Shown in pieces: positions 53,501 to 63,432 of a DNA stretch of 64,000 nt (position 1 is its first letter; the number at the start of each line of letters is the position of its first letter). Source of the stretch: Nitrospirota bacterium (GTDB taxonomy: Bacteria; Nitrospirota; UBA9217); the NCBI GenBank assembly GCA_963740085.1, contig CAVUCU010000001.1, positions 1,152,001-1,216,000 of the forward strand. Reading direction: 5' to 3'. The position numbers and the translations under genes are program-made. The notes beneath the pieces were generated by a model that saw only the letters and a list, made by a program, of their open reading frames with translations, had not been told where the DNA came from and did not search any database.

Positions 53501-56398
53501 TGTTCTCCGTGAGGGACGCCGGGTTCCAGGCCGTAGTGCCTGCACCTTCCGGTATCAAAGCAGACGTCTGCTTGTTCGCACTGTCGAACGTATTGACGGT
53601 GTCAAGCTCAAAGGTGTACATCAGACCCTGACTGTCGGGGTCCGTCGCGTTGTTGACGACGAGCGTCGGCGTATAGGACGCAACTTCTCCGCCGCCGGCC
53701 GGTGAATTGATGACCGGCGCGGTCGGGGGATCGTTGGCGATGTTTACAAAGAAGGAGGCGCTCACGTAGTTGCTATATCCACTATGATTGTCTTTGGCCC
53801 TTGCCCTCCAGTAATAAGGGGTGTTTTCGGTCAGCGCCGGTGTCAATATCCAGGACGTCGTACCGTCCGCACCCTGGACCACACCGGTTGTACTGGCAAC
53901 GATGTTCGTGAACTGGCTGTCCGCGGCGACGTCGAAGTCATACGTAAGGGTATCGTAGATATCCAGGTCAGAAGCGTTGGTGAGGCTTAAGACCGGAGAC
54001 AGTTGCCCCACCTGGACGTTATTAACGGGCGCGCTGATACCGGGGTCGGAAGGCCTGTCATTAACGGTGTTAACGAAGAAGTTGGCCGTGGTCATCCAGT
54101 CGCTGTTCATATATCCGTCGCTTGCCTGAACTCTCCAGTAATACAGGGTGTTGTCGGTGAGCGCCGGCGCTGTCCAGCTTGTGTTCTCCGTCGTGGTGCC
54201 GGTCACCAGCGTGCGGAGCCCGCCATCCGAGTAGATCTCGAAGGTGTACATGACCTTATCGCCGTCGGGATCGACCGCCGCACTGACCGCAAGGGTCGGA
54301 GTCAGCGCCAGGGTCTCGGTCGAAGAGAGGGGCGAAGCGATCGTCGGCAGGGAGGGTGCGCTGTTCGCGAACGTCGCGAATATCGTGCAATCTGATTGCA
54401 CGGCAGCTATGGAATAGGTATTTCCGGCCAGTGTCCCATTGCAGCCGTTGACCGTCGGATGATATCCGGCATTCGGCGTTATCGTGCAGACCGATCCCGA
54501 GTTATAGGGTACGATGGCGGGCGTGCAGGAGACGCTCCCGTTCATATCCGTACTCGTCGATAGGGTAAAGGTGTTGATCGCGAACTGGGCCGCCACGGTG
54601 CAGTTGCCCGTGATCGGTCCCGTGGTGAAGTCGGTGCCGGACAATGTTCCGTTGCAGCCGGTGACTGCGGTAACGTGATACCCCGTGTCCGGGGTCACCG
54701 TGAACGTCGTTGTTCCATTGGAGGCCACCGTCTGGACCGTGTTCGGACTGATGCCGCCGCCAGATCCTGACGAAGGGGTTACCGCGAACGTGTCGATCGC
54801 GAACACCGCCGATAGGGTCATGTCGGACTCAATATTGGCTATGCTGTAGGTCGCGATCGCTCCTACCGATATCGATGCGCCATTGGTCGGCCCGACCAAT
54901 ACATCCGCCACATGATACCCCGCACCCGGCGTTATCGTGCATGCCGCGCTTGCGTCGAAGTCCACGACTGTCGGAGCGCACGAAATGCTTCCATGAGCGG
55001 CCGGGCCTGTGGTCACGCTGTACGTGGTGATATACGCGGCTGATTGTACGGCAGCGCTGTTGCCTGCATTGTCCACGGCAAGGTATTTCACGGTGGCGCT
55101 TTTTGAAATGGAGATGGGGCCGGCATACGCGGAAGAGTTCGCCGTTGGTATTGAACCGTCCGTGGTGTAGTAGATCTTATAGCATCCCGAACCCGTACCG
55201 TCGTCGCAGCTGAGCGACACCGTTGCCGAGCTGCCGATCCTTCCGCCTGCCGGAGATACGCCGGCAACCGGCGATAAGAGGTCCTGTTTGACCACGGAGG
55301 CCTTCACCGCCTCACTATTGCCCGCGTTATCTACCGACTGATACCGCACATACTGGGTGCAATTCGAACCCGCGACGCAGGCCACATTGATTGCGCGCAG
55401 ATATACGCGAGATTCGGCGTACAGGTATTGGCTGTGTCGACGCAATACTTTGGAGAGCCGGCAGCCACACCGGAGCCGTCGCCGTCGCTTGCAGACAGCA
55501 TCACACTCACCGGGCTGGTCCCTGTCCAGTTTCCAAATGCATAGCCCGCGGCGGATGCGCTGGTCGTCGGGGGCTGCAGGTCAGGCGGGTTTTGTTTGAC
55601 GACGGCGCTTTGTACGGCCTCGCTATTGCCCGCACGATCGAACGATTGGTAGCGCACATACTGGGTGCATATCGAGCCAGGGGCGCAGGTCACATTGATT
55701 GCCGCACTGTAGGCAATATTCGGGGCACAGGTATTGGCCGTGTCGACGCAATACTTCGGAGAGCCGGCCGCCACGCCGGAGCCGGTGCCGTCACTTGCAG
55801 ACAGCGTCACACTGATCGGGCTGGTCGCCGTCATACTGCCGAATACGTAACCTGCGGCAATGGCCTTGGTAACCGGATCGGTATTGTCCACGATCACGGT
55901 TACCCCGGGGCTGTCGGGTTCAACGCACCCGTCATGACTCTTGGCGCGCGACAGGATGACATAACTGCCGTCCTTGATCACTTTTTTGTCGCCTTTGTCG
56001 TCACCATCGAAATCTCCGTCTTCATCGTTTTTCTTGGAGATCATTTTCCAGGTGAAGCTCCAGGTGCTCCAGGACTTGTTTCCCGAGGTATCGGTTGCCA
56101 AATTCCAGCTCTTGCCGCCGTTCGTGGACACCTTAACCTTCAGCACGCTTGTAGCCGTGCTGCTCGCCGTACCCGTAATGGTATACGTCGTAACCCCGCC
56201 GATCTGGCTGCCGGCAAGAGGAGAGGTGATCGTGGATATCGGAGGCGCGGCGCAATGATCATTGCCCCATTCCTCCGCATGGGCCGGAAGAGACAGTGCC
56301 GACAGGCTGACCGCCGTCACGATCGCAAGTACCATTCTTAAAGAACGGACCCCTTTTTTCAGCATGAAAGCAGCCAACCAGATCACCAACGAGTTCAT
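50529..56398 (-). CDS. Large secreted Ser/Thr-rich surface protein of about 1950 aa: Ig-like, chitobiase-C-like, FN3-like and InlB-B/Flg_new-type repeats; frameshifted near 55400-55440
   Basis: ATG 56398 with AAGGAGG and a signal peptide ending PAHA. YYTTDGSIPT, four YYWR.A-type FN3-like units, and many ITASAG.NGSISP...YHVADVLVDG...YTFTNV...HTI.ATF repeats. Confidence 0.85.
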
Positions 56399-56481
56399 CT
56401 TTTCCTCCTTATAAAACCCTGGATTATTTATCGGGCTGCCGTGCCTGATGTAAGCAGTGTTCCCGCATGAAGATGTACAAA

Positions 56482-56497
56482 AGCAATAATAAGGCCA
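56482..56497 (-). promoter_or_regulatory. sigma-54 promoter of the surface-protein gene
   Basis: Minus strand TGGCCTTATTATTGCT (GG-N10-GC). Confidence 0.65.
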
Positions 56498-56628
56498 AAG
56501 TACGAAAAAAAATAAAAAAAGGTCATAACCAATAAAATTTAGTTTACATTTCAGGCGGATAAATATCAAAAAATAATGGTTTTTCGACATAATCAAGCAT
56601 GTTTTATCCATCATTATTTTTACATACT

Positions 56629-56662
56629 GGTCAAATAACCATGAGTGCCCTGTGAAATAGCC
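56629..56662. promoter_or_regulatory. Candidate enhancer, third (degenerate) copy
   Basis: GGTCAAATAACC-N10-TGTGAAATAGCC; the first half-site is 11/12 identical to the 23058 copy. Confidence 0.4.
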
Positions 56663-56902
56663 AAAATGGCGGGACGACAAGCTGCGCGGTTATGTTTATG
56701 ATTATTATGATGAATGTTAATTGGTATTATAGAGACGCGGGAAGGTTACACAGAGGTGGCCGCAGGCGCGACCTGTTCTTGAAACTGCTTTTTTTCAGGT
56801 ATGTATCATCAATAAATGACCAAGAAACCCGGCATGATAAGGATTGATTACGTCTTACGTCCTCGAGCATGCACAGGTACTGCCGAGACCGCATGTCGAT
56901 TG

Positions 56903-57646
56903 CTACTTCTTTTGGAAGATCGCCGGGCGCATGATGCCCCATCGCTGAAACAGGAATTTCAACGAAGTTGCCAGGACGCCTAATCCGTATTTAACGCTCC
57001 TCCGGAAGTTGATCGAGGAGGCATCCTCGAAATATCTCGTGGGACAGCTGATCTCTCCGATCCGGAATCCGAAATACACCGACTGGGCGAGCATCTCGTT
57101 GTCAAACACGAAATCATCGGAATTCTCTTCAAGCGGAAGCGTTTCAAGAACTTTGCGGCTGAACGCCCGGAACCCCGTATGATATTCCGACAGTTTTACG
57201 CCAAGCGCCAGATTCTCCGCAAGCGTAAGAAACCGGTTCGCAATATACTTGTACAAGGGCATCCCGCCTTTCAGCGCTTTTCCACCGAGTACCCGCGAGC
57301 CGAGCACAACATCATAATGCTCCGAAATGACCATAGATGCCATTGCCGTGATCAGACGGGGGGAATACTGGTAATCGGGGTGGACCATGACCACCACGTC
57401 GGCCCCTTTTGACAATGCCTCGCGATAACACGTTTTCTGGTTGCCGCCGTAGCCGCGATTCTCAGAATGAATGATCGTATGAATACCGAGTTCCATCGCT
57501 TTTGCCGGGGTATCATCCCTGCTTGCGTCATCGACCAGGATCACCTCATCCACGATATCATGCGGAATTTCATTATATGTCAACTCAAGGGTCTTGGACG
57601 CGTTATAGGCCGGCATCACCACAACTATTTTTTTCTGATGAAGCAT
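56903..57646 (-). CDS. GT2 DPM1-like glycosyltransferase
   Basis: [27 protein letters not shown] and EYHTGFRAF motifs. Confidence 0.92.
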   Translation of the reverse strand: MLHQKKIVVVMPAYNASKTLELTYNEIPHDIVDEVILVDDASRDDTPAKAMELGIHTIIHSENRGYGGNQKTCYREALSKGADVVVMVHPDYQYSPRLITAMASMVISEHYDVVLGSRVLGGKALKGGMPLYKYIANRFLTLAENLALGVKLSEYHTGFRAFSRKVLETLPLEENSDDFVFDNEMLAQSVYFGFRIGEISCPTRYFEDASSINFRRSVKYGLGVLATSLKFLFQRWGIMRPAIFQKK

Positions 57647-57720
57647 TGCTCCTCCTTGAGCTTATTTGTTCCTGCAAAAGTATTTGTGAAACACGGGCAG
57701 TATGTATATACAAGAGCAGA

Positions 57721-58107
57721 CTATTTTTCAAATACCCACATTTTTCGCGCACCGAAATTCCAGAAAAATATAATTCCGGTCGCTGCTATCTTCGCTGGCA
57801 TTGCCTGCATTGCAAAAAATCCGACGAATAATGACATCAGAAGCAGATTCAGGAACAGACCCATCGCGCTGACCGCGTAAAGCAGGATCAATTCCTTATG
57901 AGCAGGGTGTCTGCCGCGTACGAACACAAAAAGAACGCTGAGGAGGTAATTGACCGCTGTCGCTATAATGAAACTTATGGTTGCCGCGGCCAGATAGTGT
58001 AACCGCGCGGCCGTGATGAGCAGGGCAAAAGTAGTCCATTCAACAAGCGCAGCGGTTCCGCCGACACCCACATATTTGATCAGTTGTATCGATGTTCTTT
58101 TTGTCAT
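57721..58107 (-). CDS. gtrA: GtrA-family polyprenyl-phosphate-sugar translocase
   Basis: 128 aa, four TM helices; KYVGVGG, NYLLS.LFVF and WNF..RKMWVF motifs. Confidence 0.88.
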   Translation of the reverse strand: MTKRTSIQLIKYVGVGGTAALVEWTTFALLITAARLHYLAAATISFIIATAVNYLLSVLFVFVRGRHPAHKELILLYAVSAMGLFLNLLLMSLFVGFFAMQAMPAKIAATGIIFFWNFGARKMWVFEK

Positions 58108-58121
58108 GAATTTCTGAAGTG

Positions 58122-58829
58122 CTATCGGAAGAGATTATATTTCAAAATGCAGTAAAAGGCTCGAAACCCGTCCTTCCATCCGATCTTCTTGCCTTCCGCG
58201 TAGTTCCTCCCGTAATATGAAATGCCCACTTCATAGATACGGCAGCCCATCTTTGCGACCTTTGCGGTGATCTCGGGCTCGAACCCGAAGCGGTCTTCCT
58301 CGATGGAAATGCCCTGAATGATCTCACGCCTGAATGCCTTATAACAGGTCTCCATGTCCGTAAGATTGATGTTCGTAAACATGTTCGACAGCGTTGTGAG
58401 AACCCAGTTCCCCAGGGAGTGCCAGTAATACAGGACACGGTGCGGCCTGCTGCCCATGAAACGTGAACCGAAGACCACATCGGCCTTACCGGTGAGGATC
58501 GGCTCCAGCAGCAGGGGGTACTCCTGCGGGTCATATTCGAGATCGGCATCCTGGATGATGATGATGTCACCGCTTGCCGCCGCAATGCCGGTGCGCAGTG
58601 AGGCGCCTTTACCCTGGTTGTATTCGTGATAGATCACTTTATCAACGAGGGGTGCAATGGTGGATGCGAGCAGGTCCCGTGTGCCATCCGTCGAGCAGTC
58701 ATCAACGACGATGATCTCTTTGTGTTCAACGGGAGCTGCACGGACTGCACGAAGGATGTCCGTGATCGTGTTCTTTTCATTATAACAGGGGATGATGATG
58801 CTGAGCTTCGTTGCCTTGTTGATGGGCAT
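58122..58829 (-). CDS. GT2 DPM1/GtrB-like glycosyltransferase
   Basis: [33 protein letters not shown] and FGFEPE motifs; start placed at MPINK (58829). Confidence 0.92.
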   Translation of the reverse strand: MPINKATKLSIIIPCYNEKNTITDILRAVRAAPVEHKEIIVVDDCSTDGTRDLLASTIAPLVDKVIYHEYNQGKGASLRTGIAAASGDIIIIQDADLEYDPQEYPLLLEPILTGKADVVFGSRFMGSRPHRVLYYWHSLGNWVLTTLSNMFTNINLTDMETCYKAFRREIIQGISIEEDRFGFEPEITAKVAKMGCRIYEVGISYYGRNYAEGKKIGWKDGFRAFYCILKYNLFR

Positions 58830-59029
58830 GTTCACACACAGATCCTTGTCAGTCGTACGGGCCACATGGTAGGTTTTACAATATACTGGTCTTGAAAGCA
58901 AGGACAACGTGGACGGGCACGTGAGCAACCGGCAATGGCCACGCCGGAGGCATTCTCTCCGCTTGCATTAGCAAACGGGACCAACTCATCCACACCATCA
59001 TCGAATATGCCGTCTTCCCGACGAGCAGG

Positions 59030-59758
59030 CTAACTCGCGACAACGAGTATTCGCGTTGTTCGTTTCCAGCTTATGAACGTTTCGGTCAAAATCAGGAGCA
59101 GAAACAACACGAAGTTTGCCGCGCGAAGAAGGCCTATGGGAAGCCTGCTCGTTGCTCCGCCTTGTTGGTAGGCCCGCAGGCTCCTTCGCGTCAGCCATCG
59201 TTCTATCGTGCCGGAAAGTTTATAGGTCCGAACGTTTTGAAAACCCTTTGCCTGGAGCTTGTTCTCAAGCTCCCCCGGATCATATCGTCTCACATGCCCC
59301 ACGAACTCATCGTCCTCTGCCCAATACCGCTTCTGGAACGGCACGGTCAACACCAGGACCCCGCCCGGCCTCAAGACCCTCCGCAGTTCCGAGAGCGCCA
59401 ATAGATCATCCGGGACATGCTCCAGCACCTCCGAACACAGAACGCAATCGAACGAGGCGGCATCGAATGTCATGGCGGTGATCGACTGTACCGATTTCGA
59501 CTCGCACACTACAAGTCGCATGGCCTCTTCCGAGAGATCAGCCACGACGGTCCTCGTCAGATCGGGACTCACGGGCGCGGTCCCGGACCCGATATCCAGG
59601 ATGCGACCCGAGGCGGGAACGTGCTTCGCGATCTTCCATTTTCTGAACCGGTAATTAAACAGGTTTTTTTTGAGAGCAAGATAGACCTTGTCCCGGAAGA
59701 AGTCGTCAAATCTATTTGGTGAAGGAGGTGTCATCTGGGAAGCAGTCAAAAAATTCAT
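59030..59758 (-). CDS. Class I SAM-dependent methyltransferase
   Basis: LDIGSG, FDCVLCSEVLEHV, VLRPGG and GHVRRY motifs. Confidence 0.9.
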   Translation of the reverse strand: MNFLTASQMTPPSPNRFDDFFRDKVYLALKKNLFNYRFRKWKIAKHVPASGRILDIGSGTAPVSPDLTRTVVADLSEEAMRLVVCESKSVQSITAMTFDAASFDCVLCSEVLEHVPDDLLALSELRRVLRPGGVLVLTVPFQKRYWAEDDEFVGHVRRYDPGELENKLQAKGFQNVRTYKLSGTIERWLTRRSLRAYQQGGATSRLPIGLLRAANFVLFLLLILTETFISWKRTTRILVVAS

Positions 59759-59956
59759 GACTCCGTCATCGTTTTTTCGGCATTAGAACCAGGCGGATTT
59801 CATGGAGAATTGCGGGACAGGTTCAATTTAAGACCCGTACATAAGCGTTTAATTATAACAAAGATACGAAACTCTTGCAAGAGAAGATAGAATTCATGGA
59901 ATATTTTGGTAAGAATAGGGCTTTTAACTTTGGCTTGACATGAACCCATTGGGATG

Positions 59957-59985
59957 TTGACAGGATGTCGGGTTTGCGTTAAAAT
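59957..59985 (+). promoter_or_regulatory. sigma-70 promoter for the two-component operon
   Basis: TTGACA-N17-TAAAAT. Confidence 0.65.
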
Positions 59986-60179
59986 AACAAGGTTTTACGC
60001 TCTTCATCAAAGGCTCTCCTGGATACAAGGAGTCGCTTGGCCGGCCCATCGATCTGAATGCCGTTTTTTAGTTGGTGTATGCGACAGCACTAAAATCGAA
60101 TCTCGAAACCACAGGTAGCGGTACTCAATCGGTTGCGTGTGCTCCCCGCTATGGCATTCAGTAAAGTTCTCCCTTTACG

Positions 60180-62024
60180 ATGAAAAAAAAGATCATCATA
60201 GTCCTGAGCGTCGTGGCCCTCTTCTTTCTTCTCGGCGGAATCTACCTCATCAGAGCGATCGATACCAACGCGTCGCGATTCGACAACATTATCATGTTTC
60301 ATCAGATCGAGATACTGAGGGAGCGCCTCTTGCTGGATATTCGGGGGGTTCAGGCCGATGTGTATTCGCAAGGCACGGCGCACCAGGAAAGTCCCGACGC
60401 GGTCATGAGTCATGTTCATGAAATGAAAAATACGATGCAGACCTGTTTCGAGTGTCACCATTCAGAGATCGTGACCGAGCGTCTCCTCGATCTGCGCAAA
60501 CAGGTCGATCAATATGGTGATGCATTGGGCGCGTTATTAGCCCTCGGGATGAAACCCGCCCGGTTTCGCACAAAACAGGAATACGCACACATCCTCGGGG
60601 ATTCTCTCGTCAGCAAGCTCAACACCATGATCGTCCTGACCAAGAAGAAACTTGACGAGCGGACGGAGGAAGCCGTGCATGAAGTACACCGGACACGAGT
60701 CTTCCTGCTCATGCTTGTTGCTGCCGGACCCCTGCTGATCGCGATACTGGCCTTTACGGTCATCAGGGGTGTTACCGGCCCGATCAGCGTCCTCCTCGAT
60801 GCAACGAGAAAATTGAAGGCGGGTAACCTGGAGTACCGAATCGAAGGGCTGCAGGATGAGTTCGGCGAACTGGCAGTCGGATTCAACGTGATGGCGGACT
60901 CGCTGAAAGAACACTTAAAAAAAATAGAAGAGAGCGAAAAACGTTACCGCCTGCTGTTCGAAATCGCCGGGGACGCCATTTTCATCCTTGATGCCGAGGG
61001 AGACGCGGCGGGCAATATCGTTGCCGCAAATCAGGCGGCTGTGGCGCTGCATGGTTATACGCATGAGGAACTGCTTGCAATGAACATACGGGACCTTGAC
61101 GCGCCTGGAGATGCAGCAAAGGTATCGGACCGAATACGGCGAATATTCAACGGAGAGTGGATCAAGACGGAGATCGACCACGTCAAGAAAGACGGTACTG
61201 TTTTTCCCATAGAAATAAGCGCCGGCCTGCTCGAATTCGAAAATCACCGCTATATCCTCGCACTTGACCGAGACGTCACGGAACGGAAGCAGATGGAGCA
61301 GGCTCTCCAGCGTACCGAGCAGATCAAATGTGCGGGAGAGATGGCAACGGGGCTCGCACACGAGATCAAGAATCCCCTTGCGGGCATCAAGCTGTCGATC
61401 GAGGTCCTTTCCCACTCGATGGAAAAAAACCTGGAGGGAGAGGACAAGGACATTCTCGCGAAGGTGATCGATGAGATCAAAAGAATAGAATCACTGATAA
61501 AAGGTCTTCTCAATTTTGCCAGACCGCCGCTGCCCCAATTCGTCAAAACAGATGTGAACGCCGTCCTTGACTCCGTTGCAGGCCTGGTACTGCAAAATCA
61601 GTCCCGCACACCGGGAGCCGCGCGTTCGATCGCTCTGCTCAAGGACTTTGACGGCCGTCTGCCGGAAATCATGGCTGACCCGATGCAGTTGCGGCAGGTA
61701 TTCATGAATCTGATCCTGAATGCCGTCGATGCCATGAAGGATGGCGGAAACCTGGGAATAAAGACCCGATTTGATCCTACGACCCGGTCTGTCCGGGTGG
61801 AGCTGTCCGATACCGGCAGGGGAATAGACGCCGGGGTCATGGGAAAGCTCTTCCAGCCTTTCTTCACGACGAAGTCAAAGGGAACCGGCCTCGGGCTTGC
61901 AATTTCACAACGGCTGGTTGAAGACCACGGGGGGAAAATCGGTTTCGAGCAGAACGCCGCCGGAGGCGCCACGTTCATCATAACGCTCCCGGTTACACGG
62001 TCAGAGAGGGTGATCATAGCATGA
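60180..62024 (+). CDS. Sensor histidine kinase with a periplasmic heme-c motif, HAMP, PAS, HisKA and HATPase domains
   Basis: Two TM helices flank a helical domain containing CFECH; LAHEIKNPL, NLILNAVDA, DTGRG and KGTGLGL motifs. Confidence 0.93.
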   Translation: MKKKIIIVLSVVALFFLLGGIYLIRAIDTNASRFDNIIMFHQIEILRERLLLDIRGVQADVYSQGTAHQESPDAVMSHVHEMKNTMQTCFECHHSEIVTERLLDLRKQVDQYGDALGALLALGMKPARFRTKQEYAHILGDSLVSKLNTMIVLTKKKLDERTEEAVHEVHRTRVFLLMLVAAGPLLIAILAFTVIRGVTGPISVLLDATRKLKAGNLEYRIEGLQDEFGELAVGFNVMADSLKEHLKKIEESEKRYRLLFEIAGDAIFILDAEGDAAGNIVAANQAAVALHGYTHEELLAMNIRDLDAPGDAAKVSDRIRRIFNGEWIKTEIDHVKKDGTVFPIEISAGLLEFENHRYILALDRDVTERKQMEQALQRTEQIKCAGEMATGLAHEIKNPLAGIKLSIEVLSHSMEKNLEGEDKDILAKVIDEIKRIESLIKGLLNFARPPLPQFVKTDVNAVLDSVAGLVLQNQSRTPGAARSIALLKDFDGRLPEIMADPMQLRQVFMNLILNAVDAMKDGGNLGIKTRFDPTTRSVRVELSDTGRGIDAGVMGKLFQPFFTTKSKGTGLGLAISQRLVEDHGGKIGFEQNAAGGATFIITLPVTRSERVIIA

Positions 62025-63409
62025 AAAGCAGGCAGAGAATCTATCTCGTTGATGATGATGAGCTTATCATCTCGATGCTCTCGCGGGTATTAAAGAGCGG
62101 CGGATATGAGGTGCGTACCGCGAACAACGCAGACGGCATCGTGAGCAAGATCAGATCCTGGAACCCTGCCGTCGTTCTCCTCGATATCCGGATCGCTGAT
62201 CAGAGCGGCATCGATGTCCTGAAGGACATTGTCGATCAGGCGATCGCGACACAGGTTGTCATGCTGACAGCGGATGACACGGCGGAGACCGCGGTAAAGG
62301 CGATGAAGCTTGGCGCCGCCGATTATCTCACGAAGCCTTTTAACGTTGATGAAGTAGCGATCGTTCTCAATAACATCATTGAAAAAGGGAAATTGAAAAA
62401 AGAGGTCGACTATCTCAGAAAGGTGCAGTCGGAGGTAATCGAGAAAGAGATCATCGGCGCATCGGCGGCAGTTCAGGGAATAAAATCGAAGATCGAGATG
62501 ATGGCTGATGCATCGATATCAACCTTGCTTATCACCGGGGAGAGCGGGACCGGGAAGGAACTGTTCGCGCGGTATGCCCACCGGATGATCCGTGATGAAA
62601 GAGTGTCCGGCTTTTCTCCTTTCATCAAATTAAACTGCGCTGCCCTTCCTGAAACCCTCCTGGAGAGCGAACTCTTCGGGTACGAAAAGGGCTCGTTCAC
62701 CGATGCCCGTGCGGACAAGAAGGGATTGTTCGAGATGTCGGAGGGCGGATCGATCCTCCTTGATGAGATCGGCGACATGAAACAGGGCCTCCAGGGCAAA
62801 CTCCTGCGGGTGCTGGAGGAGCGGACGGTACGGCCGATCGGAGGGAGTGAGGAAATTCCCATCGATGTGACGGTCATCGCCACCACGAACAGAAACCTCA
62901 AAGAAGCGGTAGAGAAGAGTGAATTCAGGATGGATCTATTCTACCGGTTGAACACCTTCTATCTTCACGTACCCCCGCTGAGAGAGCGGAAAGAGGACAT
63001 TCCGCTCATCGCCCGCCACTACCTCTCGCAGTTCGCCACACGGTTTAAAAAGAAGACCGTGAAAAGCCTCTCGCCCGAAACAGAAGAACTCCTGAGATCG
63101 TACCTCTGGCCGGGAAACATCCGGGAGCTTCGAAATCTGGTGGAACGGCTTGTGGTGCTGGAAAGCGCGGAAGAAATACTCCCGGAGCATCTGCCGAACT
63201 GGTTGATGGGACAGCCAAGCGCCGTCAGCCATGCACCCGATGGGAAGTTCACGCTCCCCGAGGGAGGCATCTCGCTTGACGAAGTTGAAAAGGACCTGAT
63301 CATCCAGGCGCTGGAACGGACAAAAAATAACAAGGCCCAGGCGGCCAAGCTCCTGCAGATAAGCTATGATACTCTTCGTTACCAGGTAAAGAAATTTGGA
63401 TTAGACTGA
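62021..63409 (+). CDS. NtrC-family sigma-54-dependent response regulator
   Basis: REC domain, GESGTGKE, ESELFGYEKGSFTDA, LLDEIGD, FRMDLFYRL, WPGNIREL and a Fis-type HTH; ATGA overlap with the kinase. Confidence 0.95.
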   Translation: MKSRQRIYLVDDDELIISMLSRVLKSGGYEVRTANNADGIVSKIRSWNPAVVLLDIRIADQSGIDVLKDIVDQAIATQVVMLTADDTAETAVKAMKLGAADYLTKPFNVDEVAIVLNNIIEKGKLKKEVDYLRKVQSEVIEKEIIGASAAVQGIKSKIEMMADASISTLLITGESGTGKELFARYAHRMIRDERVSGFSPFIKLNCAALPETLLESELFGYEKGSFTDARADKKGLFEMSEGGSILLDEIGDMKQGLQGKLLRVLEERTVRPIGGSEEIPIDVTVIATTNRNLKEAVEKSEFRMDLFYRLNTFYLHVPPLRERKEDIPLIARHYLSQFATRFKKKTVKSLSPETEELLRSYLWPGNIRELRNLVERLVVLESAEEILPEHLPNWLMGQPSAVSHAPDGKFTLPEGGISLDEVEKDLIIQALERTKNNKAQAAKLLQISYDTLRYQVKKFGLD

Positions 63410-63432
63410 CCGTCTCCAGCGGCCTGTGCCTT

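Noticed and set aside
56399-56680. 94-aa N-terminal extension of ORF 55331..56680
   Set aside because: It covers the sigma-54 promoter and AT-rich regulatory DNA; ATG 56398 has a strong RBS.
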